DNA of 64,000 nucleotides from an uncultured Gemmatimonadales bacterium (GTDB lineage Bacteria; Gemmatimonadota; Gemmatimonadetes; Gemmatimonadales; GWC2-71-9): NCBI GenBank assembly GCA_963779755.1, contig CAVZZO010000003.1, positions 1,600,001 to 1,664,000 of the forward strand, read 5' to 3'. Shown piece by piece: positions 56,077 to 64,000 of this stretch (position 1 is its first letter; each line of letters starts with the position of its first letter). The notes under the pieces were generated by a model. It saw only the letters and a program-made list of their open reading frames with translations, ran no database searches and was not told where the DNA came from. The position numbers and the translations under genes were made by a program.

Positions 56077-56865
56077 CTACTGCTCTACGTTCCTCACGGT
56101 AGCAAAGACCTTTCGCGGAAGGCGGGTAATCCCGGGTGTATCCTGGTTGGCTGGTCGCATTCCACCAAACCCATAGCCCATCATGCCGCCGATAAGAGCG
56201 CCCAGGTTCCCACCGAAGGCGGCATAGCGAATGCATGGATCATCTTCGAAGCTGGACTGGTTACTACAGAAGCGGTGCATCGTCCAAGCTCCCAGGATAG
56301 TACCCGCTGCGGCCCCCAGTCCCGTTCCAACCAATGCATGCGAGCTGCTTCGTTGGCCTGCAGAAGGCGAGCGTCGTCCTGATTGGGCCGTACCGATGAG
56401 AGCGCCGATAACCCCTGGAGCTACCAGGGATACAGGTATTTCGATGGCCAGGCCCGGCCTTGATTCCCGCAGTCTATCGTGATGCAGGGCGACGACAGTT
56501 GCGAGGACCAACGCTCCCGCACCCGCACCAATCAATGCACCCCTGACCACCTCGGAGTGCCGATTGGGCTCTAGATGGAACTGGCGACCGGGTTGATTCA
56601 ACGTGCGGTTTGGATCCCAGCCGCTGGAAGGCTGAAGGATGGATGGAAGCGGCGTAGGGCCAATCCGCGCGCGATAGTGTGGCAAGCCAGTAGGCGAATC
56701 GTTGATTGGGGTCGGGTGTACAGGAGGCCCCTTGACCGGTTGGGCCATCTGGGCATTCGCCTGGCCAGTGCACAGAAGTGCAATGACTAGCAGCACACAG
56801 CAAGGAAGAGAGGCACTGAAAGAATGCTCCGGTGACCTGTTCGGAACAGGCAGGCTAATAGACAT
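56077..56865 (-). CDS. Hypothetical exported/membrane protein with glycine-zipper-like helices
   Basis: Signal-like N-terminus, repeated GALIG / GxGxG helices; lower GC than flanks. Confidence 0.6.
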   Translation of the reverse strand: MSISLPVPNRSPEHSFSASLPCCVLLVIALLCTGQANAQMAQPVKGPPVHPTPINDSPTGLPHYRARIGPTPLPSILQPSSGWDPNRTLNQPGRQFHLEPNRHSEVVRGALIGAGAGALVLATVVALHHDRLRESRPGLAIEIPVSLVAPGVIGALIGTAQSGRRSPSAGQRSSSHALVGTGLGAAAGTILGAWTMHRFCSNQSSFEDDPCIRYAAFGGNLGALIGGMMGYGFGGMRPANQDTPGITRLPRKVFATVRNVEQ

Positions 56866-57230
56866 CGTGATTGGCCCTTGAAGGTCAATGGAAGACAGTA
56901 AAACCGCACCACCAACCGAGGCTCAAGTCACCGGCTCGATTCTCATTACGAGCGGGACGGTAAGGTACAGCAAAGGAAGCCGCATTGTCGGGCCGGGGGT
57001 TCCCATACTTTAGAGCTTTTCGGGCGGGGCGCTAGGGCGGCAGTGCGACAGAACGGGGCCGAATTGCGACAATGACTGCCGGCCCGTCAGCCCACTGTGC
57101 TTTAGGCGACCTTCATCGCCCAACTTGGGAGAATGAAGGAGCCGAAAGATCGGGCAGGCCGCGGAGGGAATCCGGCTAATCTGTACCGGCTCCCATGTCT
57201 GGAGCCGTTATGACCCCCAAGCACACTCTA

Positions 57231-57686
57231 TCAATCATCTTCCCTCACCCCCAGCTTCTTCAGCTCCTTCAGGACTCTCCGCTGCGCTCCCTTGTCGGTA
57301 ACCGCCAGGAACAGCGTGTCGTCTCCCGCGATCGTCCCCACCACGTCGGGCCAGGCCAGCCGGTCGAGCGCCACGCCGGCGCCATTGGCCTCGCCCGGCG
57401 GCGTGTGCAGGACGACCAGGGCATCGCCGGCCGGCTCGGCGCCAAGCACACTGTCCTGCAGCCGCCGCAGATCGGGGTTCTCGTCGGGCACCGTGGCGAT
57501 GGGCCGCCGGTAGGCGCCATCCACCTTCACCAGGCGCAGCGCGGTGATGTCCCGGCTCACCGAGGACTGGGTGACGTCCCAGCCCTCCGCCGAGAGTGCC
57601 GCCGCCAGCTCCTCCTGAGTGTGGATCGGGCGGCGGCTGATCAGCTCCAGAATCTTGAGCTGGCGCTTGTGCCGATCGGCCGTCAT
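57231..57686 (-). CDS. argR: Arginine repressor
   Basis: TQEEL...[25 protein letters not shown]. Confidence 0.95.
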   Translation of the reverse strand: MTADRHKRQLKILELISRRPIHTQEELAAALSAEGWDVTQSSVSRDITALRLVKVDGAYRRPIATVPDENPDLRRLQDSVLGAEPAGDALVVLHTPPGEANGAGVALDRLAWPDVVGTIAGDDTLFLAVTDKGAQRRVLKELKKLGVREDD

Positions 57687-59068
57687 CGCCTGCCCCCCGC
57701 CAGACGCGCCATGGCCCGCACGAAGCGGCGCTGTTCCGCCCGTTCCCACCGGCGGAAGGCCCGGAGCCGCCGGGCCAGCACATCGAGCCCGAGGTTGCCC
57801 AGCCCCCCGGCGGAACGGCGGCGCCGCAGCAGATCGGCGGCCGGCAGCGGCGGCGGGACCTCGCCCGCCCGGACCGCCCGGGCCACGTCCTGGTACGCCG
57901 CGCGGAACGGCTCTCCCTCCTCCACCCGCTGCATGACGAGGTCGGTCGCCAGCACGCCGCCGGTCAGCGCTTCGCGCGCCCGCTTGCGGTTCACTGTCAG
58001 GCGGGGCACGGCGTAGCCCAGCATGGCCAGCATGTCCGCGGTACGATCCAGGCCGCGCACCAGCGGCTCCTTCAGGAACTGAAAGTCCCGGTGGTAGCCG
58101 CCGGTCAGGCGGCCCCGCAGCGCCAGGACGGCGGCGAGGTCGCCGTCCACCAGCGCGCTGCGCGCGCGGGTCAGCTCGAAGAGATCGGGATTGCGCTTCT
58201 GCGGCATGATGCTGGAACCGGTGGCGAGGTCGGCCGGCAGCTCGAGGAAGCCGTACTCCTCGGACGAGAGGAGGATGACATCCGCCGCGAGCTTGCCCAG
58301 GTCGGCGGCGAGCTGTGCGCACCAGAAGAGCGCCGCCGCCTCGAGCTTCCCCCGTCCGTTCTGTACCGCGGTGACGCTGAGCTCGAGCCGGGCGAACCCC
58401 AGCGCGCGGGCCGCGGCCTCGCGCCGGATGGGGAGCGGCACGCCGTAGCCCGCCGCGCTGCCCAGGGGCGAGCGGTCCGCCTGCTGGTAAACGGCCGGCA
58501 ACTGCTCCAGCGTATCGAGCAGGCCTTCGGCGTAACCCGCCGCCCAGGCCCCGGCCGACGAAGGCATTGCGCGCCGCAGGTGCGTGTACCCCGGCCACAG
58601 GCTCGCCCGTTCCCGGCGGGCGAAGGCCAGCAGCACCTCCGTGAGGGCGGCGGTGCGCTCATGCAGCCGGAGCAGCGCGTCCTTGAGATAGAGCCGGATG
58701 TCGCAGGCGATCTGGTCGTTCCGCGAGCGGCCGGTATGGAGTCGCTGGCCCGCCTCGCCGGCCTTCCGCGTGAGCCAGCCCTCGACCAGCGTGTGCACGT
58801 CTTCGTCTCGCCGCCCCAGCCGCAGGCGCCCGCGCTCAGCCTCGCGCAGCGCCGAGCGCAGCCCCCGCTGGAGCCTGCGGTAGTCGGTAAGACTCAGGAG
58901 CGACGACGCGTACAGTCCCTCCGCGTGGCCCAGGCTGCCCAGAATATCCCAGCGCAGGAGCCGGGCATCCCAGGGCCGGTCCGGCCCCGCGGTGTAGTCG
59001 AACACCGCCTGGTCCACGCCGGCCGGGCCTCCCCAAAGGGTCGTCACCGGCTTCTTTCGCGGGCTCAT
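57683..59068 (-). CDS. argH: Argininosuccinate lyase
   Basis: LWGG, HTGRSRNDQ, PGYTHL, GSSIMPQKRNPD. Confidence 0.95.
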   Translation of the reverse strand: MSPRKKPVTTLWGGPAGVDQAVFDYTAGPDRPWDARLLRWDILGSLGHAEGLYASSLLSLTDYRRLQRGLRSALREAERGRLRLGRRDEDVHTLVEGWLTRKAGEAGQRLHTGRSRNDQIACDIRLYLKDALLRLHERTAALTEVLLAFARRERASLWPGYTHLRRAMPSSAGAWAAGYAEGLLDTLEQLPAVYQQADRSPLGSAAGYGVPLPIRREAAARALGFARLELSVTAVQNGRGKLEAAALFWCAQLAADLGKLAADVILLSSEEYGFLELPADLATGSSIMPQKRNPDLFELTRARSALVDGDLAAVLALRGRLTGGYHRDFQFLKEPLVRGLDRTADMLAMLGYAVPRLTVNRKRAREALTGGVLATDLVMQRVEEGEPFRAAYQDVARAVRAGEVPPPLPAADLLRRRRSAGGLGNLGLDVLARRLRAFRRWERAEQRRFVRAMARLAGGRR

Positions 59069-60144
59069 TGCAGGTACCCTCCCGCCAGGGCGGCATAGAA
59101 GGCGCGCGCGTCGGACACTTCCGCGAGCGCCACCGATTCATCCGGGGTATGGCTCAGGCGGCTGGTCCCGGGGCCGCATTTGAACGCATCGCAGTGCCGC
59201 AGGAAGACCCAGTCGGAACAGGTGGGGCTGCCGTAGACCGAGGCCCGTGGCCGGAGCGTCCGCGCCAGAGGCAGCAGCCGCGAATCCGCCGGCGTCTCGC
59301 AGGGCACCAGCCGGTCCGAGGTGATGACCACTTCGGCCTTGAGCGCGTCACGCAGCGCCTGCGCCAGCTCCGCATGAGGCCAGGCCGGCGTGCTGCGGAT
59401 ATCGAGTACCGCCTTCGCCACCGGCGGAGTGACGTTCCGGCTGACGCCGGCCTCCAGCATGGTAGGCGTAATGGTCGGGTCGCCCAGCACCGGGTGGGGA
59501 CGGCCGCGGCCCACGCCGGCGAGCCGCAGCAGATCTTCCGCCAGCGCCGTCACCGCATTGGTGAACTCCCCGTCGTCGGCGGCATAGCCGGCATGGCGCT
59601 GGGTGCCGTGGGCCACCAGGTCGGCCATCATGAGCCCCCGCTGCGCCACCGCAATCTCCAGGTTGGTGGGCTCGCCGATCACCGCCGCGTCGACGCTCCC
59701 CGCAGCCGCGACCGCCGCCGGCATGGTGGTGTGCTTCGTCTCTTCACCGAGGCCGAGCAGAACGAGCAGGCGGCCGGCCTCCGGCCCGCCCGCCTCCGCC
59801 AGGTCGCGCGCCGCGAGCAGCATGGCCGCGACGCTCGCCTTGGCATCGCCGGAGCCGCGGCCGACCAGCCGCCCGTCCCGCACTTCCGGCGTCCAGGGAT
59901 CGTGAGTCCAGCCGGCACCGGGCGGGACGACATCCAGGTGCGACACCAGCGCGAGCGTCCGTCCCGGCCGCCGGCCCGGCACCGTCACGGTGACGCCGGT
60001 CGCGTCGCGGCGGACCTCGAGGCCCCAGTCGCGCACCGTTCGTTCCACCAGCTGCGCCACCGCTTCCTCATCGCCGCTGACCGAGGGCGTGGCGACCAGC
60101 TCGGATAGCAGCGACCGCTCAGTCGGCCAGGTCGACGTCGAGAT
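59065..60144 (-). CDS. argE: M20 deacylase (acetylornithine/acetylcitrulline deacetylase); start probably ATC at 60144
   Basis: PSVSGDE, SHLDVVP, GRGSGDAK, GEE, GEPT, HTPDE; position in arg operon. Confidence 0.85.
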   Translation of the reverse strand: MSTSTWPTERSLLSELVATPSVSGDEEAVAQLVERTVRDWGLEVRRDATGVTVTVPGRRPGRTLALVSHLDVVPPGAGWTHDPWTPEVRDGRLVGRGSGDAKASVAAMLLAARDLAEAGGPEAGRLLVLLGLGEETKHTTMPAAVAAAGSVDAAVIGEPTNLEIAVAQRGLMMADLVAHGTQRHAGYAADDGEFTNAVTALAEDLLRLAGVGRGRPHPVLGDPTITPTMLEAGVSRNVTPPVAKAVLDIRSTPAWPHAELAQALRDALKAEVVITSDRLVPCETPADSRLLPLARTLRPRASVYGSPTCSDWVFLRHCDAFKCGPGTSRLSHTPDESVALAEVSDARAFYAALAGGYLQ

Positions 60145-61054
60145 AGGTCGCTTTCTCCTTTCGGCCGACGATCATGGTGCCGCATCCCGCCCCGGTGAAC
60201 ACCTCGAGGAGCAGCGCGTCGGGGGCGGCGCCGGAGATGATATGGGTACGCTCCACCCCGTTGGCCGTGGCCCGGAGGCAGGCCTCCACCTTGGGGCGCA
60301 TGCCGCCGGTAATGGTGCCGTCGGCCATCAGGGCCGACAGGTCGTCGGCGTCGGCAAAGGTGACCAGCGACCCCGGATCGGCGGGATTGCGCAGGATGCC
60401 CGGGGCGCCGGTGAGAAAGATCAGCTTCTGCGCCCGGAGCGCCGTCGCCAGCACTTCGGCCACGGTGTCGGCGTTCACGTTGTACACCTGGCCCGCCCGG
60501 TCGCCCGCCAGACTGGCCACCACGGGAATGAAGCGGCCATCGAGCAATGTGAACAACACGCGGGGATCCACCGATTCGATGTCGCCCACGTGGCCGTAAT
60601 CGACCGTCCGGGTGACCCCGTCATCGTCGCGCACCTGGACCGGCGGACGGCGGCGGGCGGTGATCAGGTCGGCATCCACGCCCGAGAGCCCGACCGCCTG
60701 GAGATCGTGCGCCCGCAGGGTCCGGAGCAGCTCCACGTTGAGCGTGCCCGCGTACACCATGGTGGCCACTTCGAGCCCGGTATCGTCCGTGATCCGCCGG
60801 CCCGCCGCCATCCGGGGTTCGACACCCAGCCGCCGGCTCAGCGCCGAGGCCTGGGGACCGCCGCCGTGCACCACCACCAGACGGATGCCCAGAGAATGCA
60901 GCAGCCCGATCTGTGCCGCGACGTGATCCAGTACCTCAGACCCGGCCAACACTTCGCCGCCCAGCTTGACCACAAAGATGTGATCCCGGTACGCCCGCAC
61001 ATAACGGAGCGCCCCCTTGAGCCCGGCGATACCACGGGATGAATCGATGGACAT
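60119..61054 (-). CDS. argB: Acetylglutamate kinase
   Basis: VVKLGG, VHGGGP, GRRITD, NVNAD, GGMRPK. Confidence 0.95.
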   Translation of the reverse strand: MSIDSSRGIAGLKGALRYVRAYRDHIFVVKLGGEVLAGSEVLDHVAAQIGLLHSLGIRLVVVHGGGPQASALSRRLGVEPRMAAGRRITDDTGLEVATMVYAGTLNVELLRTLRAHDLQAVGLSGVDADLITARRRPPVQVRDDDGVTRTVDYGHVGDIESVDPRVLFTLLDGRFIPVVASLAGDRAGQVYNVNADTVAEVLATALRAQKLIFLTGAPGILRNPADPGSLVTFADADDLSALMADGTITGGMRPKVEACLRATANGVERTHIISGAAPDALLLEVFTGAGCGTMIVGRKEKATYLDVDLAD

Positions 61055-61061
61055 GGCCTCT

Positions 61062-61131
61062 CTCAGTCCTCAGTCCTCAGTCCTCAGTCCTCATTCCTCA
61101 TTCCTCATTCCTCATTCCTCATTCCTCATTC
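61062..61131. repeat. (CTCAGTC)x4(CTCATTC)x6 heptamer array inside the arg operon
   Basis: Read directly. Confidence 0.92.
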
Positions 61132-61141
61132 CTTCCCAGCG

Positions 61142-62155
61142 TTACTGCTCCAGCAGCGTCAGCAATAATGCCCGTTGCACATGCAGGCGGTTCTCCGCCT
61201 CATCCACGACCACGCTATTGGGGCCGTCCAGCACCGCGTCCTCGATTTCCACGTTGCGACGCACCGGCAGGCAGTGCATGACGATGCCCCGCCCTTCCCG
61301 GGTAGACTTGAGACGCTCCTGGGTTATCCGCCAGTCGCGGTTGGCATTGCGAAGCTGCGCCTCCTCCTCCGGGCTGCCGAAATACTTGAGCGAGCCCCAG
61401 GACTTCACGTAGACGGCATCCGCGCCGACCAGGGCGTCGTAGGGATCGTTGTTGATGTGCACGAACCGGCCGCCGGTCTGCTGCGTCAGCTTCCGGATGA
61501 GCCCGGTATCTTCCGCATCCAGCTCGTAACCTTCCGGCCGGGCGATGACGATTTCCATGCCCAGGCGGGCCGCCGCCAGCGCGGCGCTCACCGGCACGGC
61601 GGTGGGCAGCGGCTTGGGGTGCCAGGCCCAGGTGAGTACGAAACGCTTGCCCCGCGGGTCGCCCAGCTTCTCCCGCAGCGTGAGCGCGTCGGCCAGCTCC
61701 TGACAGGGATGCCGGCGCGCGCTCTCCAGGTTGATGACCGGCTTCTCGCAGTGCTGGGCGAACCCGCGCACCACCCGGTCCTCGCGCACAATGCCCCAGT
61801 TGGTGCCGCGTGGGAAGCTGCGGATGCCTACCACGTCGGCGTACCGGCCCAGTACCCGGGCCGCTTCGATCACGTGCTCGACCTTGTCCTTGTCCATGAC
61901 CACGCCGGGCTCGGTCTCCAGCGGCCAGCTGCCCTTCCCCGGCTCCAGCACCACGGCATGGCCGCCGTGCAGGAACATCGCGGTTTCGAAGCTGGCGCGG
62001 GTTCGCAGGCTCGGGTCCATGAGCACCATGGCCATGACCTTCTTCTCCAGCCCTCCCGTCACCTCACCCCGCTTGATCCGCTCGGCCAGATCGAGCAGGG
62101 CCAGGATCTCCTCCTGGCTCCACTCCTCCACCGCCAGAAAGTCGCGCTTGCTCAC
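61142..62155 (-). CDS. argF: N-acetylornithine carbamoyltransferase (ArgF'-type)
   Basis: SLRTR, HPCQ, TWAWHPKPLP loop, KSWG, HCLPVRR; GTG start overlapping argD stop. Confidence 0.88.
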   Translation of the reverse strand: MSKRDFLAVEEWSQEEILALLDLAERIKRGEVTGGLEKKVMAMVLMDPSLRTRASFETAMFLHGGHAVVLEPGKGSWPLETEPGVVMDKDKVEHVIEAARVLGRYADVVGIRSFPRGTNWGIVREDRVVRGFAQHCEKPVINLESARRHPCQELADALTLREKLGDPRGKRFVLTWAWHPKPLPTAVPVSAALAAARLGMEIVIARPEGYELDAEDTGLIRKLTQQTGGRFVHINNDPYDALVGADAVYVKSWGSLKYFGSPEEEAQLRNANRDWRITQERLKSTREGRGIVMHCLPVRRNVEIEDAVLDGPNSVVVDEAENRLHVQRALLLTLLEQ

Positions 62156-63285
62156 GCCAGTACCTCCTTGAGGGCGGTCAGCAGCCGATCCGCCTCCGCA
62201 TGCGAGAAGGACAACGGCGGCAGGAGCCGGAGTACGTCCGGATCCGTCGCCGTCCCGGTCAGTATGCGGTGAGCGAACAGCGCGCGCTGCACCGGTGCCG
62301 CCGGCCGGCCCAGCCGGAGCCCCAGCAGAAGTCCCCGGCCGTCCACGCCCGGCAGTCCCAGCGCCAGCGCCCCCTCCCGCAGCGCTTCCCCCACCGCGAT
62401 CGCGTTGGCAATCAAACCCTCGCGGTCGATGACTTCCAGGGTGGCGAGCGCCGCGGCACAGGGGACCGGGCCGCCGCCGAAGGTGCTGCCGAGGTCGCCC
62501 GGCTTGAGCATGGCGGTGATCTGCGGGGCGGCAAGCACGGCCGCCATCGGCAGCCCGGAGGCGAGGCCCTTGGCCATGGTGAGAAGATCGGGCGTCACCC
62601 CGAACGACTCCGCGGCGGTGAAGGCGCCGCAGCGGCCGGTGCCGCACTGGATCTCATCGAAAATCAGTACCGCGCCGGCGCGGTCGCAGGCCTCGCGCGC
62701 GGCGAGCAGGAACTCCGGCGTGCAGGCCCGGGCACCGGCCATCCCCTGCACCGGCTCCAGCAGCACCGCCGCGACGGTTTCGTCCACGGCCTGCATCACG
62801 GCGGCGGGATCGTTGAAGGTGGCGCGACGCGAGATCGGCATGCCCGCCCGGCGCGCCCCGGCCTCGTACTTAGCACCGTCGCAGCAGGCCAGCGTGGCCA
62901 CGGTCCGCCCATGCCACCCGCCGGTGAGGGTGACGATCGTCTGCCGGCCGGTGTAGCGGCGCGCCAGATGCAGCGCGTTTTCGTTGGCCTCCGCCCCGGA
63001 ATTGCAGAAGAACACCTGGTCCAGCGGCACCGGCGCGCGATCGGCCAGCTGGGTCGCCAGCGTCCGCCGCAGCGGCAGGGGTACCGCGGTCGAGTAGAAG
63101 AGCAGCCGAGCCGCCTGGTCGGCAATGGCCTGCACCACGGCCGGATGGCTGTGCCCGGTCACCGCCACCGCGTGCCCGCCATAGGCGTCGAGCCATTCAT
63201 TACCGCTCTCATCCACCAGCCAGGAGCCGTGCCCGGAGACGGGACGCACCGGCATCTGGGAGTAGACGGGCATGAGATGGGACAT
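62152..63285 (-). CDS. argD: Acetylornithine aminotransferase
   Basis: NSGAEANE, HGRT, EPVQG, FDEIQCG.GR, AKGL, STFGG. Confidence 0.93.
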   Translation of the reverse strand: MSHLMPVYSQMPVRPVSGHGSWLVDESGNEWLDAYGGHAVAVTGHSHPAVVQAIADQAARLLFYSTAVPLPLRRTLATQLADRAPVPLDQVFFCNSGAEANENALHLARRYTGRQTIVTLTGGWHGRTVATLACCDGAKYEAGARRAGMPISRRATFNDPAAVMQAVDETVAAVLLEPVQGMAGARACTPEFLLAAREACDRAGAVLIFDEIQCGTGRCGAFTAAESFGVTPDLLTMAKGLASGLPMAAVLAAPQITAMLKPGDLGSTFGGGPVPCAAALATLEVIDREGLIANAIAVGEALREGALALGLPGVDGRGLLLGLRLGRPAAPVQRALFAHRILTGTATDPDVLRLLPPLSFSHAEADRLLTALKEVLA

Positions 63286-63335
63286 GGAGGCCGAGAGGGT
63301 CAAGGGGGTCGAAGGTCGAAGGTCAAAGGAAGCCA

Positions 63336-64000
63336 TTAGACCGGAAAGGGGCTTCCGCCCCGTAACCCGGCCGTCTCGTCAATTCCCAGCGCCAGGTTCA
63401 TCGCCTGCACCCCCTGGCCGCCCGCACCCTTGACCAGGTTATCGATGGCCACGTTGACCTCGATCTCCCGCCCGTCTTTGCTCTCCGTTACGTGGATCAG
63501 TGCGTAATTGGTACCTGCCGCGTGGGTCAACTGGACCGGCTCATCCATCACGCGGACAAAGGGCCGGGCGGCGTAGGTCGTGCGGTAGCGTTCCGCCATG
63601 CCGGGTGGGACGTGGCGTGCGTGAAGCGTGAGGTAGATCCCCCGCACGAACGGTCCCGAATGGGTGAGCAGCCGCGCTTCCGCGTCCGGCCGGCCGGTCC
63701 ATTCGCGCCAGCGCTGCAGGATCTCGGCGTCATGCCGGTGGTGGAGCGGCGAATAGGCGAAGACGTTGTTGGCCCGAAGCGGATGGTGGGTGGTCGGCCT
63801 GGGCCGGTTGCCGCTGCCGCTGGACCCGGTGATGGCGAAGAGTGAGGGCTCGACCGGGGTCTCCAGGCCCGAAAGGGGGTACAGTGCCAGTTGCGCCGCC
63901 GTGGCGAAGCAGCCGGGCACCGCCAGCGCCGTCTTCCCCAGCAAGGCGGGCCCCAGCACATCGGCCAGCGCGTAGGTGAAGCGGCCGGCGTAGGCCGGCG
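63336..64000 (-). CDS. argC: N-acetyl-gamma-glutamyl-phosphate reductase, 5' end outside the window
   Basis: PGCFATA, TGSSGSG, HRH..EI, IDNLVKGAGGQ.VQ.MN. Confidence 0.93.
   Translation of the reverse strand, partial: PAYAGRFTYALADVLGPALLGKTALAVPGCFATAAQLALYPLSGLETPVEPSLFAITGSSGSGNRPRPTTHHPLRANNVFAYSPLHHRHDAEILQRWREWTGRPDAEARLLTHSGPFVRGIYLTLHARHVPPGMAERYRTTYAARPFVRVMDEPVQLTHAAGTNYALIHVTESKDGREIEVNVAIDNLVKGAGGQGVQAMNLALGIDETAGLRGGSPFPV

Overview
GC-rich bacterial chromosome segment; gene content and intergenic repeats suggest Gemmatimonadota (inference, no marker gene here). Housekeeping and metabolic genes include a MacB/LolCDE-type ABC transporter, M1 aminopeptidase, mntR-mntH with a palindromic operator, LD-carboxypeptidase, a hybrid histidine kinase, DUF47-PiT, tRNA-Asn(GTT), molybdoenzyme maturation genes, D-aminoacylase, glutamate dehydrogenase, and an argC-D-F'-B-E-H-R operon of the N-acetylornithine-carbamoyltransferase type. 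Best candidates for undescribed biology: (1) a 9.6-kb convergent cluster (34814-44464) with a class I HMG-CoA-reductase homologue, ABC1/UbiB kinase, acyltransferase, patatin, phasin, PhaR-like regulator and a Get3/ArsA-like ATPase pair, but no PHA synthase or other mevalonate genes; (2) a type IIG-like adenine methyltransferase plus SNF2-like helicase with no recognisable nuclease, preceded by a long hairpin and followed by a small decayed island with IS256. Smaller oddities: a Cys-to-Ser ketosynthase, a probable ATC start for argE, a duplicated argR 5' end flanking a foreign-looking gene, a frameshifted lipoprotein, and many 7-8-mer arrays and REP-like elements, some supplying stop codons. 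All family calls come from motif recognition by eye; no searches were run.
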